A program made the translations under genes and the position numbers. The notes beneath the pieces were generated by a model. It made no database searches. It was not told the DNA's origin and was given only the letters and a program-made list of their open reading frames with translations. From NCBI GenBank assembly GCA_049318805.1, contig JBMOFP010000005.1:960-64959 (forward strand): a stretch of DNA of 64,000 nucleotides. Direction: 5' to 3'. The DNA is from Bradymonadia bacterium. Its GTDB lineage: Bacteria > Myxococcota_A > Bradymonadia > UBA7976 > UBA1532. Shown here piece by piece: positions 1 through 11,203 of the stretch (position 1 is the first letter of the stretch; each line of letters begins with the position of its first letter).

Positions 1-530
1 ACCTGGCGACCGCCGAGTTTTTCCCCGACATCGCGCTCGTCGCGGCCTTCGGTTACGCGAAGGGCACCTCGGCCGCGGACAACCCCGATCCCTTCGCGAA
101 CGACCAGTACAACTTCCTGAGCTGGGGCTTCGTCGTGGGCGCCGAGTGGAAGCTCGACTTCGCCGCCCGGATGGGCAAGCTCCGTGAGGCCGAGGCCAAC
201 CTGTCGAAGCTCCGTGGGCAGCGCGACGCGCTTCGACAGAAGATGCGGCTCGAGATCGTCGAAGAGCTCGGGACGGTGCGGCGTTACACGGCGGAGCTCG
301 AATCCCGTCGACAGGCCATGAAGGCCGGCAAAGGGTGGTTGGTGTCGAACACGATGAACTTCGGCATCGGCCTGGCCACGACCGACGAGCTGCTGGACAG
401 CCTCGTGGCCTACAGCTCGGCCCGCCTCAGCTACTTTCGAACACTTTTCGAGCTGAACATCGCCGTCGCGCGGCTTCAGAATGCGGTCGGTGTCGCGGTC
501 GTCGTTCCCCCACCGAAGACGAATCCGTAG
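1..530 (+). CDS. TolC-like outer membrane efflux factor; only the C-terminal part is in the window (5' end lies outside)
   Basis: The reading frame is open from the window edge (frame 3) to the TAG stop at 528-530. The translation (…NDQYNFLSWGFVVGAEWKLDFAARMGKLREAEANLSKLRGQRDAL…) resembles the C-terminal coiled-coil/beta repeat of the OMF/TolC family. Confidence 0.55.
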   Translation, partial: LATAEFFPDIALVAAFGYAKGTSAADNPDPFANDQYNFLSWGFVVGAEWKLDFAARMGKLREAEANLSKLRGQRDALRQKMRLEIVEELGTVRRYTAELESRRQAMKAGKGWLVSNTMNFGIGLATTDELLDSLVAYSSARLSYFRTLFELNIAVARLQNAVGVAVVVPPPKTNP

Positions 531-592
531 CGACCGAGAATCTGCGGCGGTGGTCGCGCGTCCAAGGATTCGAGGAAAGAAGGAGAGAATCG

Positions 593-1210
593 ATGCGTTC
601 CTGGAGTCTGAGTTTGCGTACCGTCGTCGTGGTCTGCGGCACCCTGGCGCTCACCGGCACCGCCTCTGCGGCCCCCCCCAAGCCGACGACGTGGCTCGGG
701 GAGCAGATCGCGGGCATCCGCGCGCTGGTCTCGCCCCCGGTCGCGGGTGCGGTCGCTGCGGCCACCGCCGACGCGGACGCGAAGCTCAAGGCGATCATCG
801 ATCCGGTGATGGAGTTCGACCGCCTGAGCGAGAAGGCCCTCGGCAAGCACTGGGCGGGGCTCAAGCCCGACCAGCGGAAGACGTTCATCGACACGTTCCG
901 AGAGCTCGTCTTTCGCAGCTACCTGAAGAAGGTGCGGGGCGCGAACAACGAGTACACCGTCGCGTTCGAGGGCGAGACCCAGAAGGGCACGACGGCGGTC
1001 GTCGAGGCCGTCGCCAAGACGAAGAAGGCGGAGATCGAGCTCGTCTTCAACCTCGAGCCGCGTGAGGACAAGCGCTGGGTCGCGTCCGACATCGTCATCG
1101 ACGAGGTGAGCCTCGTGGAGAACTACCGCGAGCAGTTCAACAAGACGCTCACGAGCGATGGCTTCGACGCCCTCATCTCGAAGATGAAGAAGAAGCTCGC
1201 CGAGATCTGA
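593..1210 (+). CDS. MlaC/Ttg2D-family periplasmic phospholipid-binding protein (ABC-transporter auxiliary component)
   Basis: ATG at 593 follows a GAAGGAGAGAA ribosome-binding site. The N-terminus is a signal peptide (MRSWSLSLRTVVVVCGTLALTGTASA). The conserved motifs DPVMEFDRLSEKALGKHWAGLKPDQRKTFIDTFRELVFRSYLKK are typical of the MlaC/toluene-tolerance family. Confidence 0.8.
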   Translation: MRSWSLSLRTVVVVCGTLALTGTASAAPPKPTTWLGEQIAGIRALVSPPVAGAVAAATADADAKLKAIIDPVMEFDRLSEKALGKHWAGLKPDQRKTFIDTFRELVFRSYLKKVRGANNEYTVAFEGETQKGTTAVVEAVAKTKKAEIELVFNLEPREDKRWVASDIVIDEVSLVENYREQFNKTLTSDGFDALISKMKKKLAEI

Positions 1211-1224
1211 CCGGGCGCTCGGTC

Positions 1225-1974
1225 TCAGCGAAGGACGAAGGACAGCAGCGCGCCCAGGCCGGCCGCCGCCAGCACCGCACCGGCGTAGGCGACCCAACGC
1301 GGCGTCTGCGCCCGCGCGGCGCCCTTGCCCTTCGGGTCGACGAGCAAGCAGGGCACGTTGCCGAAGTGGATGCGGTCGCCGAAGCGCGCCCGGGCCGAGG
1401 TCACGCGCTTCCCGTTCAGCCGGGTGCCGTTGCTGGAGTTCAGGTCCATCAACGTATAGCTGCCGTCGTCCTGCTTCTTCAGCCGCGCGTGGTGCCTCGA
1501 GACGGAGGTGTCCGCGAGGGTGATGTCGTTCTCGTCGGTCCGACCGATACACGCGATCCGTTCGAAGAGCATCAGCTCCCGGCCCGCCTGCGCGCCGTCC
1601 GTCAGCACGAGTTTGCCGTGGGCCTGCTCCGCCGTGACGATGGCGGTACTCAGGCCATCCTGTGGCGCACGCATGCGACCGGTCGCACGCTCGATGTAAA
1701 GCCTGTAGCCTCCGAGACGAACGCGGCTGCTCTCGGTGATCGGCGACGAGCCGGTCAGCGGGTGGTCGTCGAGCACGACGCCGTTGGCGCTCCCCAGGTC
1801 GTGCAAGACGACGCCGGTGCTCTCCAAAGACAGCCGCGCGTGGTGGCGAGAGATCGTCGGCGCGTCCAGGACGAGGTCGTTCTCGCTGGTCCGGCCGATG
1901 CTGATGCTGCCCTCGAACAACGCGGTCTCGGCGACGAGACCGCCGCGCTCGTCCTCGACGACGACGACGAACAC
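1225..1974 (-). CDS. Tandem-FHA-domain protein with C-terminal transmembrane anchor
   Basis: There are two FHA signatures: GR-x-SENDLVLD…SRHHARL…NGVVL and GRTDENDITLAD…SRHHARL…SSNGTRLNG. The C-terminal stretch WVAYAGAVLAAAGLGALLSFVL is hydrophobic. The gene lies 6 nt downstream of the FHA–ATPase gene on the same strand. Confidence 0.8.
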   Translation of the reverse strand: MFVVVVEDERGGLVAETALFEGSISIGRTSENDLVLDAPTISRHHARLSLESTGVVLHDLGSANGVVLDDHPLTGSSPITESSRVRLGGYRLYIERATGRMRAPQDGLSTAIVTAEQAHGKLVLTDGAQAGRELMLFERIACIGRTDENDITLADTSVSRHHARLKKQDDGSYTLMDLNSSNGTRLNGKRVTSARARFGDRIHFGNVPCLLVDPKGKGAARAQTPRWVAYAGAVLAAAGLGALLSFVLR

Positions 1975-1980
1975 GCCGCC

Positions 1981-3858
<1,878 letters not shown>

Positions 3859-3890
3859 GAGGCTCCTTGGGGGTCCAGACGATGGCTGCG

Positions 3891-3922
3891 AATATATGGG
3901 CCTCGCGGATCGCAGGTGTCAA
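3891..3922 (-). promoter_or_regulatory. Putative sigma-70-type promoter for the FHA–ATPase operon (-35 TTGACA, -10 TATATT/CATATA)
   Basis: On the minus strand TTGACA is read from 3922-3917 and TATATT from 3896-3891. The spacer is 18-20 nt. The start codon (3858) lies about 35 nt downstream and is preceded by AAGGAG. The site sits in the 131-bp divergent region shared with pfkA. Confidence 0.35.
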
Positions 3923-3989
3923 GATTGCGGGGCGGGCGTATCCGTGCGAAGTCCATCGGGCGAGGGTGTGGTTTCCGGCGGAGCGACTT

Positions 3990-5129
3990 ATGGCGAGAAA
4001 AAGGGTCGGGATCCTGACCAGCGGCGGCGACGCACCGGGCATGAATGCCGCGATCCGGGCCGTGTTTCGTCGCGTGAAGATGGTGTCGCCGGAGTACGAA
4101 ATCGTGCTCTTTCGTGAGGGCCTCAACGGCCTGGCCGGCCGGTTGGAGGTCAACTTCGACCGGAACATCGACCGGACCCGCGTCCGCGACATCATCCATC
4201 GCGGCGGCACGTTCATTGGGACCGGCCGCCTGCCGGAGCTCGCGGACCCGCCGGCGAACGTGCAGGGCAGCGAGCGCGAGGCCTGGCTGCGAAAGCAGCG
4301 CGAGATCACGGACGTGGCCATCGTGAACCTGCGTCAGCTCGGGCTCGACGCCATCGTGGTCATCGGCGGCGACGGCTCGTTCAAGGGCTGCGCCCGCATC
4401 GCCGCGGCCTATGAGGAGCGCTTCGGCGAGTCCCTGCGGGTCGTCGGCATCCCCGCGACCATCGACAACGACATCTGGGGCACCGAGTTCAGCATCGGCT
4501 TCGACACCGCGCTCAACAACACGGTCGACGCGCTCCGGAAGCTCCGCGACACGATCGACAGCCACCGCCGTTGCTGCATCCTCGAGGTGATGGGCAACAC
4601 CAGCGGGTGGATCGCGTTGGCGTCCGGCATCGCCGGCGGCGCCGCGGTGATCATGATGCCCGAGGTGGCCGAGTCCTATCGGCCCGAGGTCGTGCTGGAG
4701 CGCGTGCGGGCCGCGGCGCGCCTGGACTACCGGTACATCATCATCGTCATGGCCGAGGGCGTCCGGAAGGCCAGCGGCCGACCGAGAATCGGGGAGGAGC
4801 TTTGCCGCCTCATCGAGGACGACGCCGTGATCCGCGAGTGTCTCGGTCGCCCGCTCGAGTCGCGCCTGAACACGATCGGGTACATCGCCCGCGGTGGGCA
4901 TCCGACGGCGTTCGACAACCTACTCGCGAGCCGACTTGGATGCGCCGCGGTGGACGAGGCGCTCAAGGCCACGGTGCCCGGCCCGGTGATGGTGGGGCTC
5001 GTCAACAACCAGGTCGCGGTGCACACCCTCGACTCGGTGACTCGGCAGTCACCCCGCCTCATCCTCCCGGACGACGAGCTGCTGAAGGTCTCGGCGAGCC
5101 TCCTCGTGCAGTCCGACCAGCCGTTCTGA
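3990..5129 (+). CDS. pfkA: ATP-dependent 6-phosphofructokinase
   Basis: The protein begins MARKRVGILTSGGDAPGMNAAIRAV, which includes the GGDG-type motif (GGDAPGMNA). The rest is PFK-like throughout (IGGDGS…, TIDNDI, MGN…). The ATG at 3990 sits inside a longer ORF. Confidence 0.92.
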   Translation: MARKRVGILTSGGDAPGMNAAIRAVFRRVKMVSPEYEIVLFREGLNGLAGRLEVNFDRNIDRTRVRDIIHRGGTFIGTGRLPELADPPANVQGSEREAWLRKQREITDVAIVNLRQLGLDAIVVIGGDGSFKGCARIAAAYEERFGESLRVVGIPATIDNDIWGTEFSIGFDTALNNTVDALRKLRDTIDSHRRCCILEVMGNTSGWIALASGIAGGAAVIMMPEVAESYRPEVVLERVRAAARLDYRYIIIVMAEGVRKASGRPRIGEELCRLIEDDAVIRECLGRPLESRLNTIGYIARGGHPTAFDNLLASRLGCAAVDEALKATVPGPVMVGLVNNQVAVHTLDSVTRQSPRLILPDDELLKVSASLLVQSDQPF

Positions 5130-5148
5130 GACCCAGGAGGCGGTCGTC

Positions 5149-7353
5149 GTGAACCTGCCGTTCGGTCTGGGCGCGCGCAAGCCAAGGCACTACTCCGAGA
5201 TGCTTCGGATCGCCTGGCAGAACCGCGAGCATCCGCTCTACGCGTGGAAGGTCCTGAGTCAGGGTGTGTGCGACGGCTGCGCGCTGGGCACGACGGGGCT
5301 CAAGGACTGGACCATCGAGGGCACCCACCTCTGCCTCGTCCGCCTGAACCTGCTGCGCCTCAACACCATGGACGCGCTGGACGAGACGCGGCTGACCGAC
5401 GTGGAGGCGCTTCAGGCGCTCGATGGTCGGGCGCTGCGGGACCTCGGTCGACTGCCGTATCCGATGCGCCGCCGCCGCGGCGAGCCGGGCTTCACCCGCG
5501 TCTCGTGGGACACGGCGATCGAGTCTCTCGGCGCGCGTTTGGGGGCGGCGGATCCACGGCGGTGCGCGCTCTTCCTCACGTCGCGCGGGCTGACGAACGA
5601 GGTCTACTACACGATGCAGAAGGCGTGGCGGTGCCTCGGCAGCCCGCACGTCGACAACGCCGCCCGGCTCTGCCACAGCCCCAGCACATCGGCCATGAAG
5701 GCCACGCTCGGCGTCTCGGCGAGCACCTGCAGCTACATCGATTGGTACGATGCCGAGACGATCGTTTTCCTCGGCAGCAACCCCGCGAACGACCAACCCG
5801 TCGCGATGAAGTACCTCCATGAGGCTCGGGCGCGAGGCGCACGCATCTACGCGGTCAACCCCTTCGAAGAGCCCGGCCTCAAGCGCTACTGGGTCCCATC
5901 GACGCCGGCCTCCGCCGTCTTCGGGACGGAGATCGTCGAGCGGTTCTTCAAGGTCCGGACCGGCGGAGACCTCGCGTTTCTTTGTGCCGTCGCGAAGGCC
6001 CTCATTGCGCGCGGCGCGATCGACCGTGACTTCGTGGACGCGCACTGTTCGGGCTTCGAGGCGCTCCGCGAGGGCCTCGAAGCGCTCGACATGGAGACGT
6101 TGCGGGCGGCGTCCGGCGCGTCCGCCGAGGACCTCGAGGGTTTCGTCGACCTCATGGCGCGTACGCGGCGCGGCGTGCTCGTGTGGAGCATGGGCCTCAC
6201 ACAGCACGGGCATGGGGCCGAGACGGTCGCGGCACTGTGCAATCTCGGGCTCCTCCGGGGGTTCGTGGGGCGCGATGGCTGCGGGCTGATGCCCATTCGT
6301 GGACACAGCGGCGTCCAGGGTGGGGCGGAGATGGGCGCCTACACCACGGCCCTGCCCGGCGGCCTGTCCGTGGACGACCCAGCCGCTCGGGCCCACTTCT
6401 CGGCGTTGTGGGGCTTCGAGGTGCCGAGCGGGCCCGCCCTGCACACGGTCGGGATGGTGCAAGCCGCCGGTCGCGGCGAGCTCGACGTGATGTACGTCGT
6501 CGGCGGCAACTTCCTGGAGACGCTCCCGCAGGCGAGGCAAGTCGAGCAGGCGCTCGCGCAAGTGCCCGTGCGGATTCACCAGGACATCGTGGTGACGCGG
6601 CAGATGCTCATCGAGCCGGCCGAAGAGGTCTGGCTCCTGCCGGCCCGCACACGCTACGAGCAGGAGGGGGGCGGGACCGAGACGACGACCGAAAGACGGG
6701 TCGTCTTCAGTCCACACCTCGAGGGCCACGACGTCGGCGAAGCCCGCTCGGAGTGGCGCATCGTGCTCGACCTCGTGCGCGCCGCGCGCCCGGAGCGTGC
6801 CGCGCTCCTCGACCTGCCCGACGGCGCCGCGATTCGAGCCGACATCGCCCGCGCCGTGCCGCAGTACGCGCCCATCGCCGGCCTCTCTCGGCAGGGCGAC
6901 GTCTTCCAGTACGGCGGACGCCACCTGTGCGTCGACGGTGCTTTCCCTCTGCCCGGGGGGCGCGCCCACTTCTGGCCGGTCGCGCCGCCCGTCGTCGTGT
7001 CGCCGGAGGGCGCGCTGATGCTCTCCACCCGCCGTGGCAAGCAGTTCAACAGCATGGTCCAGGCCGACTACGACCCGTTGACGGGGGCCTACCGCGACGA
7101 TGTGCTCATGGCCGTCGAGGACGCGGTCGCGCGTGGACTTGAAGACGGCGAGCGTGTGCGGGTCCGCAGCGAGCACGGCGCCTGCGAGGCGGTCGTACGC
7201 TGCGCGGCGCTCCATCCGGGCAACGTGCAGATGCACTGGCCCGAGGCGAACGTGCTGTTGCCCGCGGACCGTCTTGATCCGCATGGCGGCGTGCCGGACT
7301 ACAACGCCCAGGTCTTCATCGAGCCGATTCCGCTCACGGCGAAACGAGCGTAA
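5149..7353 (+). CDS. FdhF/YdeP-family molybdopterin oxidoreductase (formate-dehydrogenase-alpha-like)
   Basis: The ORF encodes 734 aa from a GTG start. An N-terminal Cys cluster (CDGCALGTTG…C) precedes a molybdopterin-oxidoreductase body (FLTSRGLTNEVYY…CHSPS…, VFLGSNPANDQP). Confidence 0.85.
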   Translation: MNLPFGLGARKPRHYSEMLRIAWQNREHPLYAWKVLSQGVCDGCALGTTGLKDWTIEGTHLCLVRLNLLRLNTMDALDETRLTDVEALQALDGRALRDLGRLPYPMRRRRGEPGFTRVSWDTAIESLGARLGAADPRRCALFLTSRGLTNEVYYTMQKAWRCLGSPHVDNAARLCHSPSTSAMKATLGVSASTCSYIDWYDAETIVFLGSNPANDQPVAMKYLHEARARGARIYAVNPFEEPGLKRYWVPSTPASAVFGTEIVERFFKVRTGGDLAFLCAVAKALIARGAIDRDFVDAHCSGFEALREGLEALDMETLRAASGASAEDLEGFVDLMARTRRGVLVWSMGLTQHGHGAETVAALCNLGLLRGFVGRDGCGLMPIRGHSGVQGGAEMGAYTTALPGGLSVDDPAARAHFSALWGFEVPSGPALHTVGMVQAAGRGELDVMYVVGGNFLETLPQARQVEQALAQVPVRIHQDIVVTRQMLIEPAEEVWLLPARTRYEQEGGGTETTTERRVVFSPHLEGHDVGEARSEWRIVLDLVRAARPERAALLDLPDGAAIRADIARAVPQYAPIAGLSRQGDVFQYGGRHLCVDGAFPLPGGRAHFWPVAPPVVVSPEGALMLSTRRGKQFNSMVQADYDPLTGAYRDDVLMAVEDAVARGLEDGERVRVRSEHGACEAVVRCAALHPGNVQMHWPEANVLLPADRLDPHGGVPDYNAQVFIEPIPLTAKRA

Positions 7354-7990
7354 GCACCAGCCAGGTCGTGACGCCTGCGCCGAGTGTCATCACCACTCCG
7401 GGCGGGGTGGGGAGCGCGCCGAGCGCCCAGCCGGCAACGGCGAGTGCCGGCCCGGGCGCGAGCCCTCGCCACCCGCGTGCGGCCGCGCTCGACTCCACGT
7501 CCACCGGCGCCAGAACGGCGTCCGGCAGCCTCGCCTCCGACTCCGCCAGATCGTCGCGGTGGAGCCCGTTCGTCTCGCCCCGGAGCACGACCACGCCGCC
7601 GGGATGAACCAGGCGCCGCCCCGTCGGCGTGTCCTCGATGCGCCACGCGGCGCTCCCGCGTCGTTTGAAAGGCGTGACGTCCGAGGCCACGCCCGTGAGG
7701 CACAGGCTCCACGCGACGACGAGACCCGGCCAAAGAAACGTGGGCCACCGCGCGCCCAGCGCGCCCAGCGCGACGTCCACCCGCGCCGCGCGGGCGCGGG
7801 CCCAGGCCACGCAGAAGCCCAGGCAGGCCGACGCGGGCACGGCGGCCTCGAGCCAACGCCGGGGCTCGAGAGCTCGACCCTCGGCCCACGCGGCGCCGGC
7901 CGTCACACCGAGCACGACCCCGAGGAGGACCAGCGTCCAAAGCGCCTGAGCGCGTAGGAGGCAAAGGCGCAGCCGAGCACGCGCGGACAT
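7334..7990 (-). CDS. Hypothetical membrane protein
   Basis: The ORF starts with ATG at 7990 and has hydrophobic transmembrane-like segments (LWTLVLLGVVLGVTAGAAWA; LWPGLVVAWSLCLTGVA). It fills the gap between ydeP and pyk. The 3' end converges on ydeP with a 20-nt overlap. The call is uncertain. Confidence 0.35.
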   Translation of the reverse strand: MSARARLRLCLLRAQALWTLVLLGVVLGVTAGAAWAEGRALEPRRWLEAAVPASACLGFCVAWARARAARVDVALGALGARWPTFLWPGLVVAWSLCLTGVASDVTPFKRRGSAAWRIEDTPTGRRLVHPGGVVVLRGETNGLHRDDLAESEARLPDAVLAPVDVESSAAARGWRGLAPGPALAVAGWALGALPTPPGVVMTLGAGVTTWLVLTLVSP

Positions 7991-8060
7991 GGTCGCTGCC
8001 TCGAAGAAATCACGGGTCCGCACTGCGGAATGGACCTAGAATGCCGCGCGGAGGGTCACA

Positions 8061-9485
8061 TTGCGCAAGACCAAGATCATCGCGACCATCGGTCCCGCCA
8101 CACGTTCGCCCGAGATGCTGCGCAAGCTCATCGACGCCGGCATGAACGTCGTGCGCATCAACATGAGCCACTCGACCCAGGACGAGGCCGCCGGGATCAT
8201 CGCCGACCTGCGGACCCTCTCCGACAAGGTCGGCATTCTCGTCGACACCAAAGGACCCGAGATCCGCACGAACGAGGTCGAGACCCCGTACGTCATCGAG
8301 CAGGGTGAATCGTTGATCGTGCGCGGCGGGGAGGGGGGCATGTCCGTGCCGGGTCTCCTTCGGGTGTCCCACCCGACCATCGCGCGTGTCCTCGACACGG
8401 GGGGCTCGGTGCTCGTCGACGACGGTCAGATCGAGCTGCTCGTCGTCGGCATCGACGGTGAGGACGTGCACTGCAAGGTCGTCCGCGGCGGGACCATCAA
8501 GACCCGCAAAGGGGTGAACATCCCCGACGCTCGACTCGGTCTACCGTTCATGTCCGAGCGCGACGCCTCGGACATCCGCTTCGCGGTGCGGCAGGGCGCC
8601 GACTTCATCGCCGCCTCTTTCGTCAGCGAACCGGAGGACGTCGAGCAGATCCGCGAGATGATCATTCGAGAGGGCGGCCGAACGGCGATCATCTCCAAGA
8701 TCGAGAGCCGACTGGGGGTCAAGAACCTCGCCGACATCATCGCGCTGTCCGACGGCATCATGGTCGCGCGCGGCGACCTCGGCGTGGAGATCCGCGCCGA
8801 GGAGGTGCCGGTCGTCCAGAAACAGATGATCGACGCCTGCCGAGCGGCCGGAAAGACCGTCGTCGTCGCCACCGAAATGCTCGAGTCCATGACCCGCAAC
8901 CCGCGTCCGTCACGCGCCGAGACCTCGGACGTGGCGAACGCGGTCTTCGAGGGCACCGACGCCATCATGCTGTCTCAGGAGACGACCGTCGGGAAGTACC
9001 CGATCGACGCGGTCGCGACCATGGGACGCATCGCGGAGTTCGCCGAACGCGAGACCGCGCGGACCTCGATGAAGCTGCCCGGGGGCGCACACGCCAGTGA
9101 GATCTCGGAGCTCATCTGCAAGGGCGCGTGGCTCGCGGCGAGCGAGCTGAAGGTCAAGGCCATCCTCGTTCCGACCTCGAGCGGCGCGACCGCCCTGCGC
9201 ATGTCGCGCTATCGGCCGGCGGTCAACATCCTCGTGACGACCCCCGAGCTCTCCGTCGCCCGTCGACTGTCCATCTGCTACGGGTGCCACGCGGTCACGA
9301 TGCGCATCTACGGGCGCATGGAGAACGTGATTCGGCGAACTTGTGAGGCCTTCGTCGAGGACGGCACGCTTCGACGCGGCGACATGGTCGCGGTGGTCGC
9401 GGGTGTGCCGACCGGGCGCTCCGGCACCACGAACCTGCTCACGATTCAATCCGTCGAGAACCTCGTGGGGCGCGAGGCCGAGTAG
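8061..9485 (+). CDS. pyk: Pyruvate kinase
   Basis: The gene starts with TTG and encodes LRKTKIIATIGPATRSPEMLRKLIDAGMNVVRINMSHS…TKGPEIR…, a canonical pyruvate kinase sequence, plus the C-terminal domain. Confidence 0.93.
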   Translation: MRKTKIIATIGPATRSPEMLRKLIDAGMNVVRINMSHSTQDEAAGIIADLRTLSDKVGILVDTKGPEIRTNEVETPYVIEQGESLIVRGGEGGMSVPGLLRVSHPTIARVLDTGGSVLVDDGQIELLVVGIDGEDVHCKVVRGGTIKTRKGVNIPDARLGLPFMSERDASDIRFAVRQGADFIAASFVSEPEDVEQIREMIIREGGRTAIISKIESRLGVKNLADIIALSDGIMVARGDLGVEIRAEEVPVVQKQMIDACRAAGKTVVVATEMLESMTRNPRPSRAETSDVANAVFEGTDAIMLSQETTVGKYPIDAVATMGRIAEFAERETARTSMKLPGGAHASEISELICKGAWLAASELKVKAILVPTSSGATALRMSRYRPAVNILVTTPELSVARRLSICYGCHAVTMRIYGRMENVIRRTCEAFVEDGTLRRGDMVAVVAGVPTGRSGTTNLLTIQSVENLVGREAE

Positions 9486-9493
9486 GCGCATTT

Positions 9494-9521
9494 CTTGACG
9501 CGTCTGGGTATGGGCATATCC
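9494..9521 (+). promoter_or_regulatory. Putative sigma-70-like promoter upstream of the PilZ gene (TTGACG-16-TATCCT)
   Basis: The site lies in an AT-richer island within a 70-bp intergenic region. AGGAG precedes the ATG at 9556. Confidence 0.25.
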
Positions 9522-9555
9522 TACCTTTCAGGATTATGACATACAGGAGCGCGAC

Positions 9556-9897
9556 ATGAAGACCGAGCCCACACTCCGCAACGGGCGGAATGAGACCCGC
9601 AAGCCGCTCGACATCTACGTCAACAAGATGATCAACGGCGTGCCTCACCTTGCCCGAACGCGAAACATCAGTCCTCGAGGCGTCTTCCTGCATCGACTGC
9701 TCGAGCCGCGCACGCCGGCCAAGGCGCGCATCGCGCTCGAGCTCGTCCTGCCGGGGTGCGACGAGGTCCTCTGGCTGGACGCTGAGATCGTGCACGGTCG
9801 CAACACCCGACGGGGTGTGGGCCTGCGGTTCGTCGATCTGAGTCCGAGAGACGAGGCCCTGATCCAGGGCTACCTCGACGCGGCCGCCGCGGCCTGA
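9556..9897 (+). CDS. Stand-alone PilZ-domain protein (predicted c-di-GMP receptor)
   Basis: The PilZ motifs RNETRKP (RxxxR) and NISPRG (D/N-x-S-x-x-G) are both present. Confidence 0.8.
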   Translation: MKTEPTLRNGRNETRKPLDIYVNKMINGVPHLARTRNISPRGVFLHRLLEPRTPAKARIALELVLPGCDEVLWLDAEIVHGRNTRRGVGLRFVDLSPRDEALIQGYLDAAAAA

Positions 9898-9949
9898 CAG
9901 CCTCGATTCCCCCCCACGGCATCGCCCTGGGCTGGTATGGTCGCGCCTG

Positions 9950-10279
9950 ATGGCGGTCCGTGTCCTGACACAGGTGGCTCGGCCGGGCGTTCGGCTCGCG
10001 AATCCCGTGCTGATGCCCGACGGCAAGCTCTTGCTGGGCCGCGGCACGGTCCTGGCCTCGCGCCACCTCGCGATGCTCCAAGACCTCGGCATCAAGGTCG
10101 TCGAGGTCGACGACGATGGTCGCCTGGGCCCGTGGGAGCTCGCGCCCGACGCCGATGCCTGGCTCGTGGCCCTCGAGGCCCGCTTCTCCACCGTGGCGCA
10201 CGATCGCCGTATGTTGGCGCTCAAAGAGGCCGTCCGCGACGTCTATCTGGACTACCTCCGGCGAGCGGAGATGCCCTGA
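9950..10279 (+). CDS. Hypothetical small protein (109 aa), translationally coupled to the HDOD gene
   Basis: The TGA stop at 10277-10279 is followed 1 nt later by the HDOD ATG. There is no recognisable domain. Confidence 0.45.
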   Translation: MAVRVLTQVARPGVRLANPVLMPDGKLLLGRGTVLASRHLAMLQDLGIKVVEVDDDGRLGPWELAPDADAWLVALEARFSTVAHDRRMLALKEAVRDVYLDYLRRAEMP

Positions 10280-10280
10280 G

Positions 10281-11198
10281 ATGGTGCTCTTTCGGCGGGC
10301 AGAGGTCGAACCCACGACCGAGGACCAGCTCATCGACGACATCGGCCGGCGCATGCTCAAGCGCCGCGTCGACGCGCTGAAGAGTCTGCCGACGTTTCCG
10401 GACTCCGTACTGCGTCTCAACAAGCTCCTGTCGGAGGATGGCGCCAAGGAGTCCCTGCAGAAGATCGCCTCGGCGATCGAGACCGATCCGGTCCTGTGCG
10501 CCCGGATCCTTCGGCTCGTGAACTCCGCGTTCTACGGCGTGAGCGGCGCGATCATCACCGTCTTCGACGCCTTGTTGATGCTGGGCCTCGACGTCGTGAA
10601 GGGGCTGATCGTTTCGACGACCGTGAGCGACATGTTCTCGGGCCGGGGCAGCGCGCTGGACGGCCTTTGGGAGCACTCGTACGGGTGCGCCATCGCCGCG
10701 GGGGCGCTCGGCCGAACGCTGGGCATGCCGCGCTGCGAGGAGCTCTCGGCCGCGGCGCTCATGCACGACATCGGCAAGATGGTGCTCGCCAGCCAGCTCA
10801 CGGACGAGTATCGCGCCGTGGTGGCCCAGGCCGTGGCCGACCGACGCTCGATTCGTGAGACCGAGGCGAAGCTGTTGGGCGTTACGCACGACGAGATCGG
10901 CCACTGGCTGGTCCTGCGGTGGAAGCTGCCCACCGCCATCGCCGAACCCATCGCGCGTCACCATGAGCCGATGAAGGCGGGCAAGTACGCGGACACCGCG
11001 GCGGTCGTTCACGTGGCCGACCTGATGATTCGAGGCTACGGCTTCGGCTTCGCGGGTGATCGAATCATGCCGCGGCTGGACGACGGCGCGTGGAAGCACC
11101 TCAGCCTCAACGCCGACAAGCTCCGCACGGCCGTGAAGCGCATGCAGGTCGACCTCCATGCCGCGATGAATCAGGTCAACACGATGCCGACGGTCTGA
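10281..11198 (+). CDS. HDOD-domain protein (HD-related output domain)
   Basis: The protein reads DSVLRLNKLLSEDGAKESLQKIASAIETDPVLCARILRLVNSAFYG…LWEHSYGCAIAA…MHDIGKMVL, which are typical HDOD motifs. Confidence 0.85.
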   Translation: MVLFRRAEVEPTTEDQLIDDIGRRMLKRRVDALKSLPTFPDSVLRLNKLLSEDGAKESLQKIASAIETDPVLCARILRLVNSAFYGVSGAIITVFDALLMLGLDVVKGLIVSTTVSDMFSGRGSALDGLWEHSYGCAIAAGALGRTLGMPRCEELSAAALMHDIGKMVLASQLTDEYRAVVAQAVADRRSIRETEAKLLGVTHDEIGHWLVLRWKLPTAIAEPIARHHEPMKAGKYADTAAVVHVADLMIRGYGFGFAGDRIMPRLDDGAWKHLSLNADKLRTAVKRMQVDLHAAMNQVNTMPTV

Positions 11199-11203
11199 CC
11201 ACC

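Noticed and set aside
7100-7964. Plus-strand 285-aa ORF and minus-strand 221-aa ORF (7299-7964) between ydeP and pyk
   Set aside because: Their translations are Arg/Pro/Ala low-complexity. I prefer the overlapping minus-strand frame (7334-7990) with hydrophobic transmembrane-like segments, although even that call is of low confidence.
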